From Octopus bimaculoides (lineage: Eukaryota), in NCBI RefSeq assembly GCF_001194135.2, contig NC_068981.1, positions 70,248,397-70,312,396 of the forward strand: a DNA stretch of 64,000 nucleotides, in the 5' to 3' direction. The notes under the pieces were generated by a model that saw nothing but the letters and a program-made list of their open reading frames with translations, was not told the DNA's origin and did not search any database. Position 1 is the stretch's first letter. Each line of letters begins with the position of its first letter. The position numbers and the translations under genes are program-made. Shown in pieces: positions 26,271 through 40,680 of the stretch.

Positions 26271-27319
26271 GTTATTTTGATATTTCCCCTTTTTATATCC
26301 GATATAATGCTTTCTAGGTGTCAAAGTTCAACGCCACTTCCTCATAGTGACTCATGGACACGGATCAAGTAAGCCATAGACAATTGGCGTGAACTTGTTT
26401 CGTTAAATTTGAAATGGAAATTCTTATCCGACTTTTTATTGAAAATGTGGTGATATATACTAGATGGGACAACAATTTTTCCTTAGAGTAGCAAATCGCT
26501 TTTAAGAAAATTTCTTTATAATATTAGCTGTCCAAGAGGAGTCGAATCATATTATATCATCATTGTGTAAGTTCAGCCTGTTTTTCGATTTGTAGCATCT
26601 CAATTTTCAAGCTCTACTAGTACAATCAAAATTATCGGTAATATTATTTCTACTCATATTATTGCTAATTGTGTTTTGACCGCTACTGTTATGAAGTCTA
26701 TTCGTATGAGTAACATTAGTGTAATGATTATTAAATTTATTACTACATTCATTATTATTGTTAATCTTCAATACAGTTTTATCATTATTACGAATATCAA
26801 TTACAGAACTATTACTGCCAGTATTGATATCAGTGCAATTCCTACCCTTTGTTTTCCGTTTCATCAAGAGCTTCATTATGTACGTATTATTACTATCATG
26901 ATGATCATTATCATTATTAATACAAGTTTTGTCAGTAAATGCAATTTGTTCAAATTGCTATAACGGTAAGCTGCATAATATGTATTATTTTCATTCTTAT
27001 TTTGTTCTATTCACAAATTCTTAGATTTTTACTGTTATTGTTAATATTGTACGTAATTGTATTTCTGTGTGTTTTTGCTTGTACTATCGTCTATTGTATG
27101 ATCTCTCAATTTACCAGTCGTGGGGAGATAGCTAATGCTTTGTATGTAATCGGCTTTTATTAAGACCTCGTTATGCGAATACATCAAAAAAATTCTACCG
27201 AAACAACAGCAGTAAATTTTAAAATCCATGTGTGTACTTTTTATACTTATGCCAAACGTGGAACCCTGACTCGAATCTACTGCTTATATTGGATTTAGTA
27301 GGTTCATATTTCCATAGTC

Positions 27320-27580
27320 ACGTGGCTTAGTGGCTAGGATATTCGGCAAAACAATTTACTCTACGTTACTTTAGTCCCCTCAGCTGGCAAAAATGAGCTG
27401 TACCTGTATTTCAAAGGGCCGGCCTTGTCACACTCTGTGTCGCGCTGAATCTGAGAACTACATTAAGGGTACACGTGTCTATGGAGTACTACGCCACATG
27501 CGTGCTAATTCCACGAGCGAGCTGTTCCGTTGATTAGATCAACTGGAAACCTCTCCATCGTCACCGGCGGAATACCAGTT
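27320..27580 (+). mobile_element. SINE family B copy (older, partly deleted)
   Basis: tcaaagggccggccttgtcacactctgtgtcgcgctgaat...taagggtacacgtgtct.tggagt...gctgttccgttgat.agatcaactggaa matches 50831-50970. Confidence 0.8.
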
Positions 27581-27727
27581 TTATATTTATATATCTGCGG
27601 TAAACTATTACTACTACTACATGATACCTCGTTGTTGCTTTACCTCACTGCGAACTCAAGTCCTGGCGTCTTGTTGATGAGCCCACATTCTAATGAATCA
27701 TGTAACTAATTCATATTAATTTCGTTG

Positions 27728-27816
<89 letters not shown>

Positions 27817-28326
27817 NNNNNNNNNNNNNNNNNNNNNNNNNNNNNNNNNNNNNNNNNNNCATTTTAGTACCGGTTTCCGTCATTTTAGAGTTTTTCAAAC
27901 AAGAGTAAAATAAGAAAAACAATTAGAGAAAAATTAAGTGAAATGTTTTGTAAATATTTTCATAGACTTTGAAACATTCAAAACATTTCACTTAATTATT
28001 TTCTCCAAGTTAATCGTTTTTTCTTATTTTACACTTAGTTGAAAAAAGTCTAAAATGACGGAAACCGGTCCTAAAATGTACTTCATGATTAAATTATTTT
28101 TGCATTTTCTACCTTGTCTTATTTTCCTTATAAATATCAACTCATGCGTTACTTTTCTACCTTCTACATACATACATACATACATATACATATAATATAT
28201 ATATAGGTATTCTGGGTATTCTGATTTTATGTCTCATAGCTGGCCGCCAACACTTTTTTCTGCAAAATAGGGGTAGCTTATCCTGTTCAGGCTATATTAT
28301 TTGTTTGTTTACGTTCATCGTAATTT

Positions 28327-28795
28327 GAGTGGCTGTGTGGTAAGTAGCTTGCTTACTAACCACATGGTTCCGGGTTCAGTCCCACTGCGTGGCATCTTGG
28401 GCAAATGTCTTCTACTATAGCATCGGGCCGACCAAAGCCTTGTGAGTGGATTTGGTAGACGGAAACTGAAAGAAGCCCGTCGTATATATGNNNNNNNNNN
28501 NNNNNNNNNNNNNNNNNNNNNNNNNNNNNNNNNNNNNNNNNNNNNNNNNNNNNNNNNNNNNNNNNNNNNNNNNNNNNNNNNNNNNNNNNNNNNNNNNNNN
28601 NNNNNNNNNNNNNNNNNNNNNNNNNNNNNNNNNNNNNNNNNNNNNNNNNNNNNNNNNNNNNNNNNNNNNNNNNNNNNNNNNNNNNNNNNNNNNNNNNNNN
28701 NNNNNNNNNNNNNNNNNNNNNNNNNNNNGCTCGACTAAAGGTGGTGCTCCAGCATGGCCGCAGTCAAATGACTGAAACAAGTAAAAGAGTAAAAG
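28327..28795 (+). mobile_element. CORE-type SINE family D; its internal microsatellite is an N gap
   Basis: Head gagtggctgtgtggtaagtagcttgc...cttgggcaaatgtcttctactatagc...gaagcccgtcgtatatatg, gap 28491-28728, then ctcgactaaaggtggtgctccagcatggccgcagtcaaatgactgaaacaagtaaaag. Confidence 0.9.
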
Positions 28796-30794
28796 ATATA
28801 TATATATAACACATTAAAAATAGGTACATGCATACGTACATTCATATACACATGCCATTATAATGTGGAACCTCGCTCACATGTATGTTATCGTTAGCAC
28901 TGTAATATTCTTCTCGCCACTATTATGTTGTGGCGGTATTCCGCGTCTTATTGTTTTCTGACACGTCTATCTTGCTATCGCTGATAACTCAGCAAGACAA
29001 TAGCTCTAATACTACTCACTTATTCTTTATTACCTACGTGGGACATACGAAGAGGGGCAATACAAGGACGGGCAAACATATAAGTGGGGAGAAAAAAAGA
29101 AAAAAAGAAAAAAGAATAGAAAAGGTGGATATGAATGATGAAAAATGGAATGAAGGCCACTCGACGCTACATCCGAGCGATCTCATTTATGTCTTTTACG
29201 CAATCCTTTTTTTTTTACAACATTAATTCGTTACAAAAAATTCTTGAGTTTAAGATGATTAAAGGCAATTTGGTGTTAGCTTACTTACATTTACCTCTTT
29301 TTCTAAGTCTCCGCACTGTTTCAGTGCGTGTCTTCTTGTGTCGCTTTTAGGGTGAGTGTGCATCGTGTGCAAGTGACATTATTGCGAGTGAAGTTATGCT
29401 CGAGTGTGTACAATGAACTATCGTGTATGAGACGTTTTTGCATAGCCGTTTTGGCACCACTTCTTTGGCGTCTCAGATTCCACGTTGATATATTTGACAC
29501 TATACGAAAACTCCTCACATTATTTCTCTCTTCTACTCCTTTCTCTCTCCCTCTCCCTCTTTTCTTTCTCTGCCTCGATCCCTCTGTACTTATGTAGGCC
29601 AATATAAGTTGTGTGTGTATTTCTTTGATTACTATATGTCCATGCACGCGTCTGTTTGGCTCCTATGACAGAAAGCACAGTCACCAAAACATATTGCATG
29701 CGCATCTCTGCCGCACCAAATCCCCATTCGCTGAAATGCTTCGTCTGTTCGTCTCATTTTGAGATCTATCGACTTTTAGTTTAGCTCCTTACATCGTTTT
29801 AGCTTGTGTCATTATGCTATGTACATATAAGTACCTTGTCTTTGAGTCTTTATATGTATGCATACATATCTTTCACATTTTATCTTCCCGAGTGTTCACT
29901 TCTATACGCATACAAATATATTCAAAATTTTTAAGCACTAACGCGTCTTTAATTATTTTACCACCAAAGTGAAATCAAGAATGCAGCTGTAGTATATATT
30001 CAAATTTAGGAATCTCATAAAGTGCTCATTTTTAACTTGAATGTATGCATTCCAATGCGTATGTTCGTTACGTTAGTTTGCTCTCAATATATATACTATT
30101 TATTCTCTTATTCTGTAATTCAGTTTCTTCTCTTTCATTGGACTGTATACATGAAATTTCAACTGATATTTTATTAGTGTGGTACGAATTTGTTTTTTAT
30201 ATTTGATGCTAGAGTTCATACGATTTACTTGCGTTCATTTAGGTAACTACATGTTGCGATGTAAATAACACAGGATTTACACTGGAATACACTAACATAT
30301 TCAAAATACAGATATGTATGCAATATGGCGGAGGGAAAAACCCTGGTTGTTATAAATAATAAATAAAATTATAGATAATAAATAAAACTATGATAGTGCT
30401 TCACATAATTAGTTACACAAATTATATCAACTGAGACTGTACTTACAACTAGTTAACAAAAATTCCCTCTACGACTGATTAAACATCTAAATATAATAAA
30501 CGAGTGAGATATTTCTTTCATCTTCAATTAAATGAAATTTTGAAAATATATACATTATATAGTAATGTAATAAAAGTTATTGTCTTTAAGCAATTGACAT
30601 GTTTCTGTATTAATCTGCTCAGATTGCAAAACTGCAGGTAGCCAATGTACAAAAAAAAAAATGGCCAGAAGTCTCAGGCAACTCATCGCATAAAAGCGTT
30701 AAATAAATTATATGCTGCAATTTTTAATATATTCCCAATATATCCTCTGGTATATATTTTCACATTATCTGTCGCCGTCATCTCTTATTTTTAA

Positions 30795-31042
30795 CTTGTT
30801 TCACTCATTCGGCTGCGGCCATTTTAGGGCACTACCTTGAATAGTTACGTCAAACAAAACAGACCAGTACTTATCTGTTAAAAGCCAGGAACTTTTCGAT
30901 CTGTTTTGCTGAAGCATTAACTGAAACATAAATATACAAACACCGCTTGTCAAGTAGCGGGTTAGAGCCGTAAGAGTCCTCCACAAGGAACCGTGCAATG
31001 GAAGCGAACCCGCAACTCGTGGTTGCAAATCGAGTTTCTTCA
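30795..31042 (-). mobile_element. Degenerate CORE-type SINE family D
   Basis: Reverse-complement 3' end (cactcattcggctgcggccatt..agggcac) and head (gaacccgcaactcgtggttg...acagccatgcctgc). Confidence 0.6.
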
Positions 31043-31391
31043 ACTTACAGCCATGCCTGCATTTTAATACAGTATAATATTACAGTATAATATTTTCAAA
31101 GAAACCTTTGAGATCGAAAAATTTCAAAGAAAATATTTCTAAAACTGTTTTATGAAATCTGTATTGCTATAGCTTGAAACACGTTCAATACAAAATATAA
31201 TTTCAAATTATCAAGAGGATAAATATTGATTGCATAGCACAGCCTCAGTCATATCAAACAAATTTCATAATGGAATATATAGGAATTATCGAATTTGTTA
31301 GGAAATATAAGTTGTATAATGTCGCAATAGCGGGAAAATAGAACTAAATAGCATATCTTCACACATTTATAGTGATGTAAATATGAATACG

Positions 31392-31468
<77 letters not shown>

Positions 31469-32903
31469 GTGCATGTGTGTGTGTGTATGAGTGTGTGTGT
31501 ATGAGTGTGTGTGTATATGAGTGTGCGTGTATGTATGTATGTATATCTATATGAGTGTGCGTGTGCGTATGTATGTATGTATGTATGTGTTTGAAGAAAT
31601 ACTTTCTTGCATTAAAAATTAGTAATTATAGAAAAGAACTTTTAAATATTTTTTTTTAAATAAAAATGATACAAATCTTCTGGAAGGAAGTCTTTTCGCT
31701 GTTTACTGTTTCTCATACACATTTCAAATGGGGAAATCTGTATAAAGAGACACGAGACTGAGTGGATGCTTGTTCCCGATACTACGACTACAATTAATTT
31801 TAATAATTTCTCAAATGATTCTGATGACAAGTGCTGTTAGTTGTTATCTATTTGATGGCATAGCATCCAGTTTAGAAGCGTTTTAGTCTCATAGTCATCT
31901 GAACGACTTTAAACCCCACATCATATTCAACCTCATGATCCTATCTCATGAAGCCTCATTTGATTTAATCTGTAGGCTCGAAGCAAAAGTACCGCTTTCG
32001 GAACCTGATCAATTTGTAACAGCAACATGATTTGTTTTGCATTTCGCTTATACTACGCATTCGCAATATATATTTAAATGCTTAATGCTTATTAGCGATC
32101 ACCGTACACTATACTTGTTTCATGTTGTATATATGTGTGAGTGCATGATGGAGAAAAAAAAATTTGCATTTTTTATATAGTTTTATAAACTCTACATATA
32201 GCAATATATATAAAAATAAAGCAAAAAGAAAAAGGTTAATCGATTAATACCAGTACAAATACGAAGAAAATTGACTTATAGTTCATCAGAATATCTGAAA
32301 AAAGAACAGAAAAAAATAATTTCACAGAAGGCTAATGGTGTCCAGTTGGAACCCAATGAGCATATTTTATGCTATAAGATCCATATCACTGGAAAGTTTT
32401 AACTCAAAATGTATATGTGCATACATAAACTATTGGCAATAAAAGCAATGAGATATAAAGTAATTTAAATAAAAAATCTAAACTTTGGATAACTTTTTTT
32501 TATTTTCTGGGGCCCCAAAGGACCTCGCCGGCCCATGATGGGTCAAACTTATAAAATATTATTATTATCATTTACAGATGTGTAAAATTCGGCACCGTTT
32601 ACGAATTAATCGCATAAAATTTCTGTGAAAACCTAATCTCTGCGTTGTTATGTGGGTTTTTTTTTTTCTAAAATATATTTAAACCGTTACATTCGTTGTT
32701 CCACTGACACTTTTGAAAGGGAATATTTGTGTTTCAAAAGATAAAACGAAAACTTTTGAAAACCACACTGCCATGTCTATTAAAACTGTTAAAATTATAT
32801 GATGAGTTCCAACTATTAAGATACACGTAGAAAGCAACAAATCAACGTACACAATTCAACTAAATTTTCTAAATGAGTGCGTATTGATTATCGAATAAAT
32901 TAT

Positions 32904-33764
32904 NNNNNNNNNNNNNNNNNNNNNNNNNNNNNNNNNNNNNNNNNNNNNNNNNNNNNNNNNNNNNNNNNNNNNNNNNNNNNNNNNNNNNNNNNNNNNNNNN
33001 NNNNNNNNNNNNNNNNNNNNNNNNNNNNNNNNNNNNNNNNNNNNNNNNNNNNNNNNNNNNNNNNNNNNNNNNNNNNNNNNNNNNNNNNNNNNNNNNNNNN
33101 NNNNNNNNNNNNNNNNNNNNNNNNNNNNNNNNNNNNNNNNNNNNNNNNNNNNNNNNNNNNNNNNNNNNNNNNNNNNNNNNNNNNNNNNNNNNNNNNNNNN
33201 NNNNNNNNNNNNNNNNNNNNNNNNNNNNNNNNNNNNNNNNNNNNNNNNNNNNNNNNNNNNNNNNNNNNNNNNNNNNNNNNNNNNNNNNNNNNNNNNNNNN
33301 NNNNNNNNNNNNNNNNNNNNNNNNNNNNNNNNNNNNNNNNNNNNNNNNNNNNNNNNNNNNNNNNNNNNNNNNNNNNNNNNNNNNNNNNNNNNNNNNNNNN
33401 NNNNNNNNNNNNNNNNNNNNNNNNNNNNNNNNNNNNNNNNNNNNNNNNNNNNNNNNNNNNNNNNNNNNNNNNNNNNNNNNNNNNNNNNNNNNNNNNNNNN
33501 NNNNNNNNNNNNNNNNNNNNNNNNNNNNNNNNNNNNNNNNNNNNNNNNNNNNNNNNNNNNNNNNNNNNNNNNNNNNNNNNNNNNNNNNNNNNNNNNNNNN
33601 NNNNNNNNNNNNNNNNNNNNNNNNNNNNNNNNNNNNNNNNNNNNNNNNNNNNNNNNNNNNNNNNNNNNNNNNNNNNNNNNNNNNNNNNNNNNNNNNNNNN
33701 NNNNNNNNNNNNNNNNNNNNNNNNNNNNNNNNNNNNNNNNNNNNNNNNNNNNNNNNNNNNNNNN
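32904..33764. other. Assembly gap (largest of 14 N runs in the window)
   Basis: Other gaps: 2622-2662, 7262-7409, 14182-14395, 19178-19420, 23620-23629, 27817-27859, 28491-28728, 52331-52526, 53452-53814, 54568-55027, 56243-56806, 60904-60913, 61688-61835. Most are flanked by (TA)n or (TG)n. Confidence 0.98.
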
Positions 33765-36700
33765 GTGTGGTTGTGTATGTGAGGAGCGTGTATAATTATT
33801 TATTGGATAAGGTAGGAAGATAGATACACTGATATTTACCAATTTCCGCAGCTGGACCATATTTAATTAATATGTTTTTGAAATACGACATTTTATTTTC
33901 ATTTACTGAATAATTAATAAACGTATTTTCCCCTTTTCTTTCCACTATAGTTAATATAGTTCATATGTTGCTACATATGTTAGAGAGATAATGTGAGTTT
34001 TGTCACGCAATTGTGGCTATAGATTTTTCTTTTTAAGTTTTAACGTAAATAAATGTGCATTCCGTTTTCAAACTTTTCAAACTTTTCCAACTTTAGCTAT
34101 ACACATATATACATTTGTATGTGTGTGTGTGTGTGTGTGTATGTGTGTGTGTGTAATTATGATTACAAAACTATTCCTTGAATACTGTGTTGATTGAAAT
34201 TTGCATAGGCAGATATCTATTATGGCATTGTAGATACATAATTTAAGTCTACCGGTATGAGAGGAGCAAAATTTGTAACGGCAATTCGGTTTAATGTTTA
34301 ATATTTCTATACGGTTTAGAGAAGATGCTGTGTTCGAATTCTGCAGACGACGTTATAGTTTTGTACGCTTTGTTATATATTACAAAGATATTGTATGAAC
34401 TTACACACAAATATATATATATATGAAAAACGCTATAACATAACAAATTTTATTCTAGAGTTTGTGTAAAGTTTGTGGTAATACTCTAAACCTTATTAAT
34501 GATAATGTTGTTATTAAGAATGAGCTCCCATGAAGAAACCAAGCCCAAAGTTAAGTGTGCTTTATACATAGAGTAGAGGAAGAAGTTACCCCAACATACT
34601 AAATCATGATGTTTAACGGAGAATTTTTTTTTTTTTTTTCATTTTTAAGTGGCTTTTTTCAACATACTAACATCCATAGAGTAGCTAAACCCACTCCGCG
34701 TTATTCTATTTTACTGAAAATTTGATAATATTTGTTTTGTGATCAGAGTTTTAGTTTCTGCTCGAGTAATTCAGCGCATTTTGTATGTGATACATTTAAA
34801 AATGATTTCATCTCATTTTATTTTTTATTCGTTGATTTATTTCCCTTTTCCTTTTATTAGATATGTCTTCTTTCTTTGAAGGTGCATACATGTACCTAAC
34901 CGCGTCCCTAGGCTAATTGTACTCTTAATTAGATAAAGCCCAACATTGAAAACTATTGGTAAATAGATATCGATGAATTACTTCCTAACTGCTGTTATCA
35001 ATATGGAAAATCAGAGAAGCAGTACAATTAGTATTAGATATGAAACAATGAATAATATAGTAGCGAGTGTGATTGAAAAAGAATAATGTGAAGTGAAGAA
35101 AACATCTGGAAGATTAGAGTAAATTCCTGAGAGATCAGACATTAAAGAGAAAGATATTAAATATCGACGTGCACTTTAAGCGGCACTTAGAACGTACTTA
35201 GGGAGATTTCGAATTATACGCATAAGTGAAAATCTAGAGGAAAAACAATTTTGTATGACTATGGATTTCGAAGAAGGTTTTCAAAAAAGAAAACCAATTG
35301 ATTCAAAGAAAGATATAACGAAAACGCAAAAGTGGGCTACAGAAGTGTGCGACACATTAGACAACTTTTTCCTCGACAATATGGTCTAACAAAGCAAATA
35401 CTGTCAATTTTACCATTCAAGAATAATATATGCATGATGCAACAAAACCAAAGTATGGGTAACTGATTCTTTGCAGAAATTGATAAAAATGGAAGTGTTG
35501 GAGTGATCGTGGAAAGGAATTATAAGTGATAGGCCTATTAGACATATTTTGAATGAATGAAACTTCTGTCTAATAGTTGGAATTAGTCTATTACTCTTCT
35601 ATTTTGACCTATGAGCTGATAAGAAGCTGAGTTCGTTTTCAAGAATTTGTGCCTTATGTAACACAAGATTGAAAAGCATCTCTTAGATTCAAATTGCGGA
35701 AATGAGTTGATGAAATCCTACATTTTAATCCATTAGAACTTATACGGGGACATCTTGATTGATGGTGGCATACAAATTGTCAAATTTTGCATCAAGTACA
35801 GAGCAGAAAAGAAGCACCAACTGCGGAATGCGCATACATCGAGGAATGTGCTAGTGATCATCTAACTGAACCCATGTTCAATAGACTGAGAAGACATGAT
35901 ATTAATTTAAGGAAGACATACGAAGTACTGAGGCAATACCTCGTTAATTTTGGATACGTTTTCAAGGCGTTTATGAGGTAAATAAACGCTGTTTTATTAC
36001 ACTAGCTATAATCTTATTGTAGTGTATTATATAATAATAATATCAATGCGCTAACCTTTTGTTTTTGTACATACCTGTTGTGTGCGTCACACATACTTCA
36101 AAGAAGTGGCAAAGCGAGAGAGAAGAGGAAAGAGAGGAAGTAAGAGAGAAAGAGAGAGTGAGAAAGTGAGAGAATGAGAAAGAGGGAGAGAGAGAGAGTG
36201 AAAGAGACAATGAGTGCTGACGGCGTTCGTTTTGTGCTTTTAAATGTTTCAGATAGTACGGAAGAGAGAAAGAAAGAGAGTGAGAAAAAGTGAGAAAGAG
36301 GAGAGTGAAAGAGATAATGAGTGGTGACGGCGTTTGTTTTATGTTTTTAAATGTTTATCACAAGAGAAGTAGCAACATAGATACATTTACACATTGTTAA
36401 ATCAAAAGCGGGAGAGAAGAGGGATACAAAGGAAGTGAAAGAGAAAGAGAGAAAGTGAGAGAGACAGTTCATACATAGATACATAGACACAGCTTTCAAT
36501 TTTACTTTTCATTACCTCACGAGAATAAAATTAACTCACAAATGGCTGAGTTCTCCACAGACATGCATAACATTAACATAGTTCTCAGGGAGATTCAGCC
36601 TCACACAGAATATGACAAGGCAGGTCCCTTTAAATTACACCCACAACTTGAGACATATATATATGAATGGATTTGTGTGTGTGTAGTATAGGCTAGTTAA

Positions 36701-36789
36701 AAAATATGTTTGCAATAATAAGTATTACGTGGTGGAAATAAATGCAATTACCAAAGTTTCATTCATAAATCTATTTATCATTTCGTTCA

Positions 36790-37601
36790 TTTGCATTTCA
36801 ATTTGTACATTTGTACCCAGAAACTTTCAACAAATGCACGCCAGAAGAAATGGAAAAACGAGTAATTTTATCTCCTAAAATTTCTGGCTTAATATTATAC
36901 CAGAGGCACTTAAAACGTACGTGTGCACAGATTCAGTGTCCTGGAATAATGAAGAGGAGGTTCAGAACTATCCATTTGAATTCATTAACTCACTCACTCC
37001 ATCCGGGATGCCTCCTCATCGCCTCAGTTTAAATGTAGGGGGCTATTGTAACGTTGCTAAGAAATCTTTCGATCAGTCAAGGATTATATAATGGAACTCG
37101 CATGAAAGTGCAAAGACTTCGTGAACATTGTGTAGAGGCGTCATTGGTAACAGGCTCTAACAGAGGTCGTACAGTTCTAATTCCCAGAATTAAATTTAGC
37201 CCAAGTGATGCAAATATTCCGTTCACACTAAACAGACTTCAGCTTCAACTTCGACCTGCATATTCAATGACAATCAATAAGGTTCAAGGGCAAACGTTTG
37301 AAAAAGTTGGAATACATTTGCCTCAACAGGTATTTTCTCATAGCCAATTATATGTCGCATTTTCAAGAGCACGAGCTATGAACAATATCAAAGGAAGAGT
37401 TATGACACTCAATTGGGGATAACAGACAAGGCCAAAAAACGTGGTTTCATATACACACAAATTATTGTTCACCATGAAGTACTGTGAGGAAGACTAGCAC
37501 ATCAGCTAGCATCACCGCCACACCAGCCGCTCCAACATTACACATCCACATTACACCTTCATGATGAGGGAACCAGTGAGGGATCCGCTGGATCTCTCTA
37601 G
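36790..37601 (+). mobile_element. Helitron 3' fragment: PIF1-family helicase C-terminus and putative 3' hairpin/CTAG
   Basis: 'NYPFEFINSLTPSGMPPHRLSLNVG', 'LRNLSISQGLYNGTR', 'LIPRI', 'AYSMTINKVQGQTFEKVGIHLP..VFSHSQLYVAFSR', 'TQIIVHHEVL*' (~37487); weak hairpin ccagtgagggatccgctgg (37573-37591) then ctag (37598-37601). The terminus is less certain than the helicase call. Confidence 0.85.
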
Positions 37602-37642
37602 GCATACCAACAAACTACAAAATCGCACCAGCCAACATCACC

Positions 37643-37689
37643 ACTACCTCCAAGCCCGTCATATATCTGTATGTATGTATGTATATATG

Positions 37690-37721
<32 letters not shown>

Positions 37722-37955
37722 AATGTCTGTCTGTATGTATGTATGTATGTGTGTGTGTGTTTGTGTCTGTGTTTGTCCCACCACTACCATTGCTTGACAA
37801 CCGATGTTTGTGCGTTTGCGTCCCTGTAATTTAGCTGTCCAGCAGAAGAGACTGATAGAATAAGCACCAGGCTTACAGGGAATAAGTTGAGGGGTCAATG
37901 TTTTCGAATAAGAGCCACCGTCATATGACTGGAACAAGTCAAATAATAAAAGAAT
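37643..37955 (+). mobile_element. 3' half of a CORE-type SINE family D with (TATG)n/(TG)n interior
   Basis: aagcccgtcatata + microsatellite + gtttgtccc...gcttgacaaccgatg...agactgatagaataag. Confidence 0.75.
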
Positions 37956-38129
37956 ACCAGAAAAACGTTCCGTACCACTAAGCCAAGAAGGTTCTTTGAA
38001 TATGTACGATGTATTTTAAGGTTAAATAGTAATCCCGTTTACTTTTTGTGTAACCGAGATATTTTGGTTGGGTTATATAGTCATTGGTGTAAAATTACTT
38101 TCTATATTCTGTAACTGACACAATATACT

Positions 38130-38275
38130 TTTCTAGACCTAAAGTTTTTGTGGGGAGGGGGCCAGTTGATTCAATCGATCCCAATACACAGCTGGTACTT
38201 AAGTTATCAACCCCGAAAGGACGTAACGTAAAGTCGACTTCGGCAGATTTTGAACTCAAAACGTAAAGACAGACG
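38130..38275 (-). mobile_element. SINE family A copy
   Basis: ggggagggggccagttgattcaatcgatccc...ctggtactta...accccgaaagg...aaagtcgacttcggcagattttgaactc. Confidence 0.8.
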
Positions 38276-39154
38276 GTTATGATATGCAAACATTTCTCAT
38301 GGCACGAGTACACTGTTTAGAGATGCTTAAATTTTTTATGTTTTCCGTGAATTTTTTTCGGGTTCAGCTAGTATACATTAATGCTATATCGCCTAAAGAA
38401 ATGAATGCATGAAGACGAGCTACCCGATGCCCACGGATACTACATATTATACAGTAATCATCTCAAGTATATGGACTGTGAACTTACGAGACGTGATTTG
38501 TTGAAACACGCGTTTTGATGCATTCAATTATTTATAAATTCCATCCAAGGATTATTGTTATTATTACTATATTTATCCTATATTATATCAGTACAACTCG
38601 GTGAAAACCCCCTAAAAACTGGTTCACCAGTCAGCATCACTGGACTGTAGACTGCATAATAGAATAGGAGCTTTATTTGCATATTCAAAACGTTTCCCGT
38701 AAACAAATTTAGAAGATATGTATGCGCACGCGCGTGTGTATGTGTGTAGCGCGTATGCGTGTATACGTGTCTGTAGCGCGTAAGAATGTATGCGTAAATG
38801 TATGTGTTCACTTGTGCGTAAGTATGTATGAGGGTTTGCGTATATATGCGGTCATTATTTTTAAATAAATAACATCATAAATGATGATCACGAATAACTG
38901 ATCACTAGAGGCGTGATTAGCCATTGTATTCAGTTCTACATGAGAGAATGATTAAGCAATGTCTAATACATATTTATGTTAGATTTACCAACATGCAGAT
39001 TACTAGATAGGTATGTAAGTAAATATATATGTATGCATGTATGTATATGTGTACGTATGAATGCATGTATGTATGGATAGATGTATGTATGTGTATGTGA
39101 ATGTGTGCATATATTTTACCGTTTATTTTTACATGAATAAGTCATTAGATTCTT

Positions 39155-39340
39155 TTCAACTCTAAGCACAAGGCTTGAAATTTTGGAGGAGGGGCCAGTC
39201 GATTAGATCGACCCTAGCACGCAAATGGTATTTAATTTATCGACCCCGAAAGGATAAAAGGTAAAGTCGACCTTCGCGGAACGTAAAGACAGACGAAATA
39301 CCGCTAAGCATTTCGCCCGGCGTGCTAACATCTCTGCCAG
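39155..39340 (-). mobile_element. SINE family A copy
   Basis: gcacaaggcttgaaattttggaggaggggccagtcgattagatcgacc...ttaatttatcgaccccgaaagg...gacgaaataccgctaagcatttcgcccggcgtgctaac. Confidence 0.85.
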
Positions 39341-40076
39341 GTCTGCCATGGCTGGAATTAACATAGAATACAATGGAAAAGTAAAATTAATTCCAATCAT
39401 TCATTTTACCAGTTTCTTAAAACTTGATGAGTCCATCATTATAAACCATGTAAATCCTATGTATCAATTCTTTACATTAGTTATAAAATAAATTTTATTT
39501 CTTACGTGTCCTTTAAATAATATTAGATATATATGCTTAATTTCAATTTTTTAAATAATTTTTAGTCCAATATATATTAAAAAAAAAATTAATTTCACAT
39601 CTTATCTATGGTTCTTTATATTGGTGTATATAAGTCCAAATGTACTTTACCAGAGCATTTTAAATTAATACTACTACATGGTGTTTGCCTACTGAATGTA
39701 TTGATTAGTTACATTACTATAGACTATTTCTTTTTATTTCTAATTTCATTATTAATTTATTAATTTATTATTAGCTTTTATTTATTCACATATTAATTAA
39801 GTAAATATTGGTATCTCAAATTTTCCAAACATAGCATATGTATAACAAAATTGATACATTATTCTGATTAATGAAAACTATGAATAAACATATACTGTAT
39901 CTGTACACATATAGCAACTTTATTTTATATACTTTTGACCAAGGTGCCTTATGTTAAACTTCCCCTGCTCCATTATAAACTACTTTGCTAGTAGAGAAAA
40001 CCCCCCAACCTATAGTAGTTTTGTCACTAAAGCCAAAAGAATCTTTATAACCATCTCATCCATGTATATTGTTTAC

Positions 40077-40136
40077 CTCTTTTTCCTTCCCTATAAGGAA
40101 AAGGCTTGTGCTCTCTTAAGTTTTGAATCACTAGGT
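40077..40136 (-). CDS. Candidate 60-nt symmetric phase-1 coding exon of an unidentified host gene
   Basis: Minus strand: branch-like cactaat, T-rich tract and atcag| acceptor; exon open in only one frame, (x)LVIQNLREHKPFPYREGKR(x); donor gag|gtaaac. No homology recognised. Confidence 0.35.
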
Positions 40137-40452
40137 CTGATAAGATGAAAAAAAAAGACAAATAAAATTAGTGACAGTTAAAATCTGCTTAGAATTAATT
40201 ACTAGCCTGTATGGTCTGGCTAAGTCAAAATGTTTTTTCGTATTCTACCTTTCCACTTGGAGAGTTTAAATGTAGTTATAACAATATTTCCTTCTGTTGA
40301 AATGAAATTTCAGGAAATTTCTATATCTATGTGTAGCTGAGGATTGCTCTGCATTTTACATTTAATGTAATGTTCACATTGCTTAAATAAATGGAGTCGC
40401 ATAAAACGATCGTACTGCATTAAATTTGGATATCCTTGTTGCTTATTTTGAA

Positions 40453-40528
<76 letters not shown>

Positions 40529-40532
40529 CACA

Positions 40533-40680
40533 GCGGGATTTTTCGTTTTCCGTCCACCAAATCCAAATCCATAAACGAAGATTCGGTCAGCCCGAGGCTG
40601 CAGTAGAAAACACTTGCCTGAGATGCAACACAGTACGACTGAGCATTTGTTTTGGAATCAGACTTCTTCCCACGTAGTCA
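40533..40680 (-). mobile_element. 5' half of a CORE-type SINE family D
   Basis: ttccgtccaccaaatcca...gcccgaggctgcagtagaaaacacttgcc is the reverse complement of the family D core. Confidence 0.65.
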
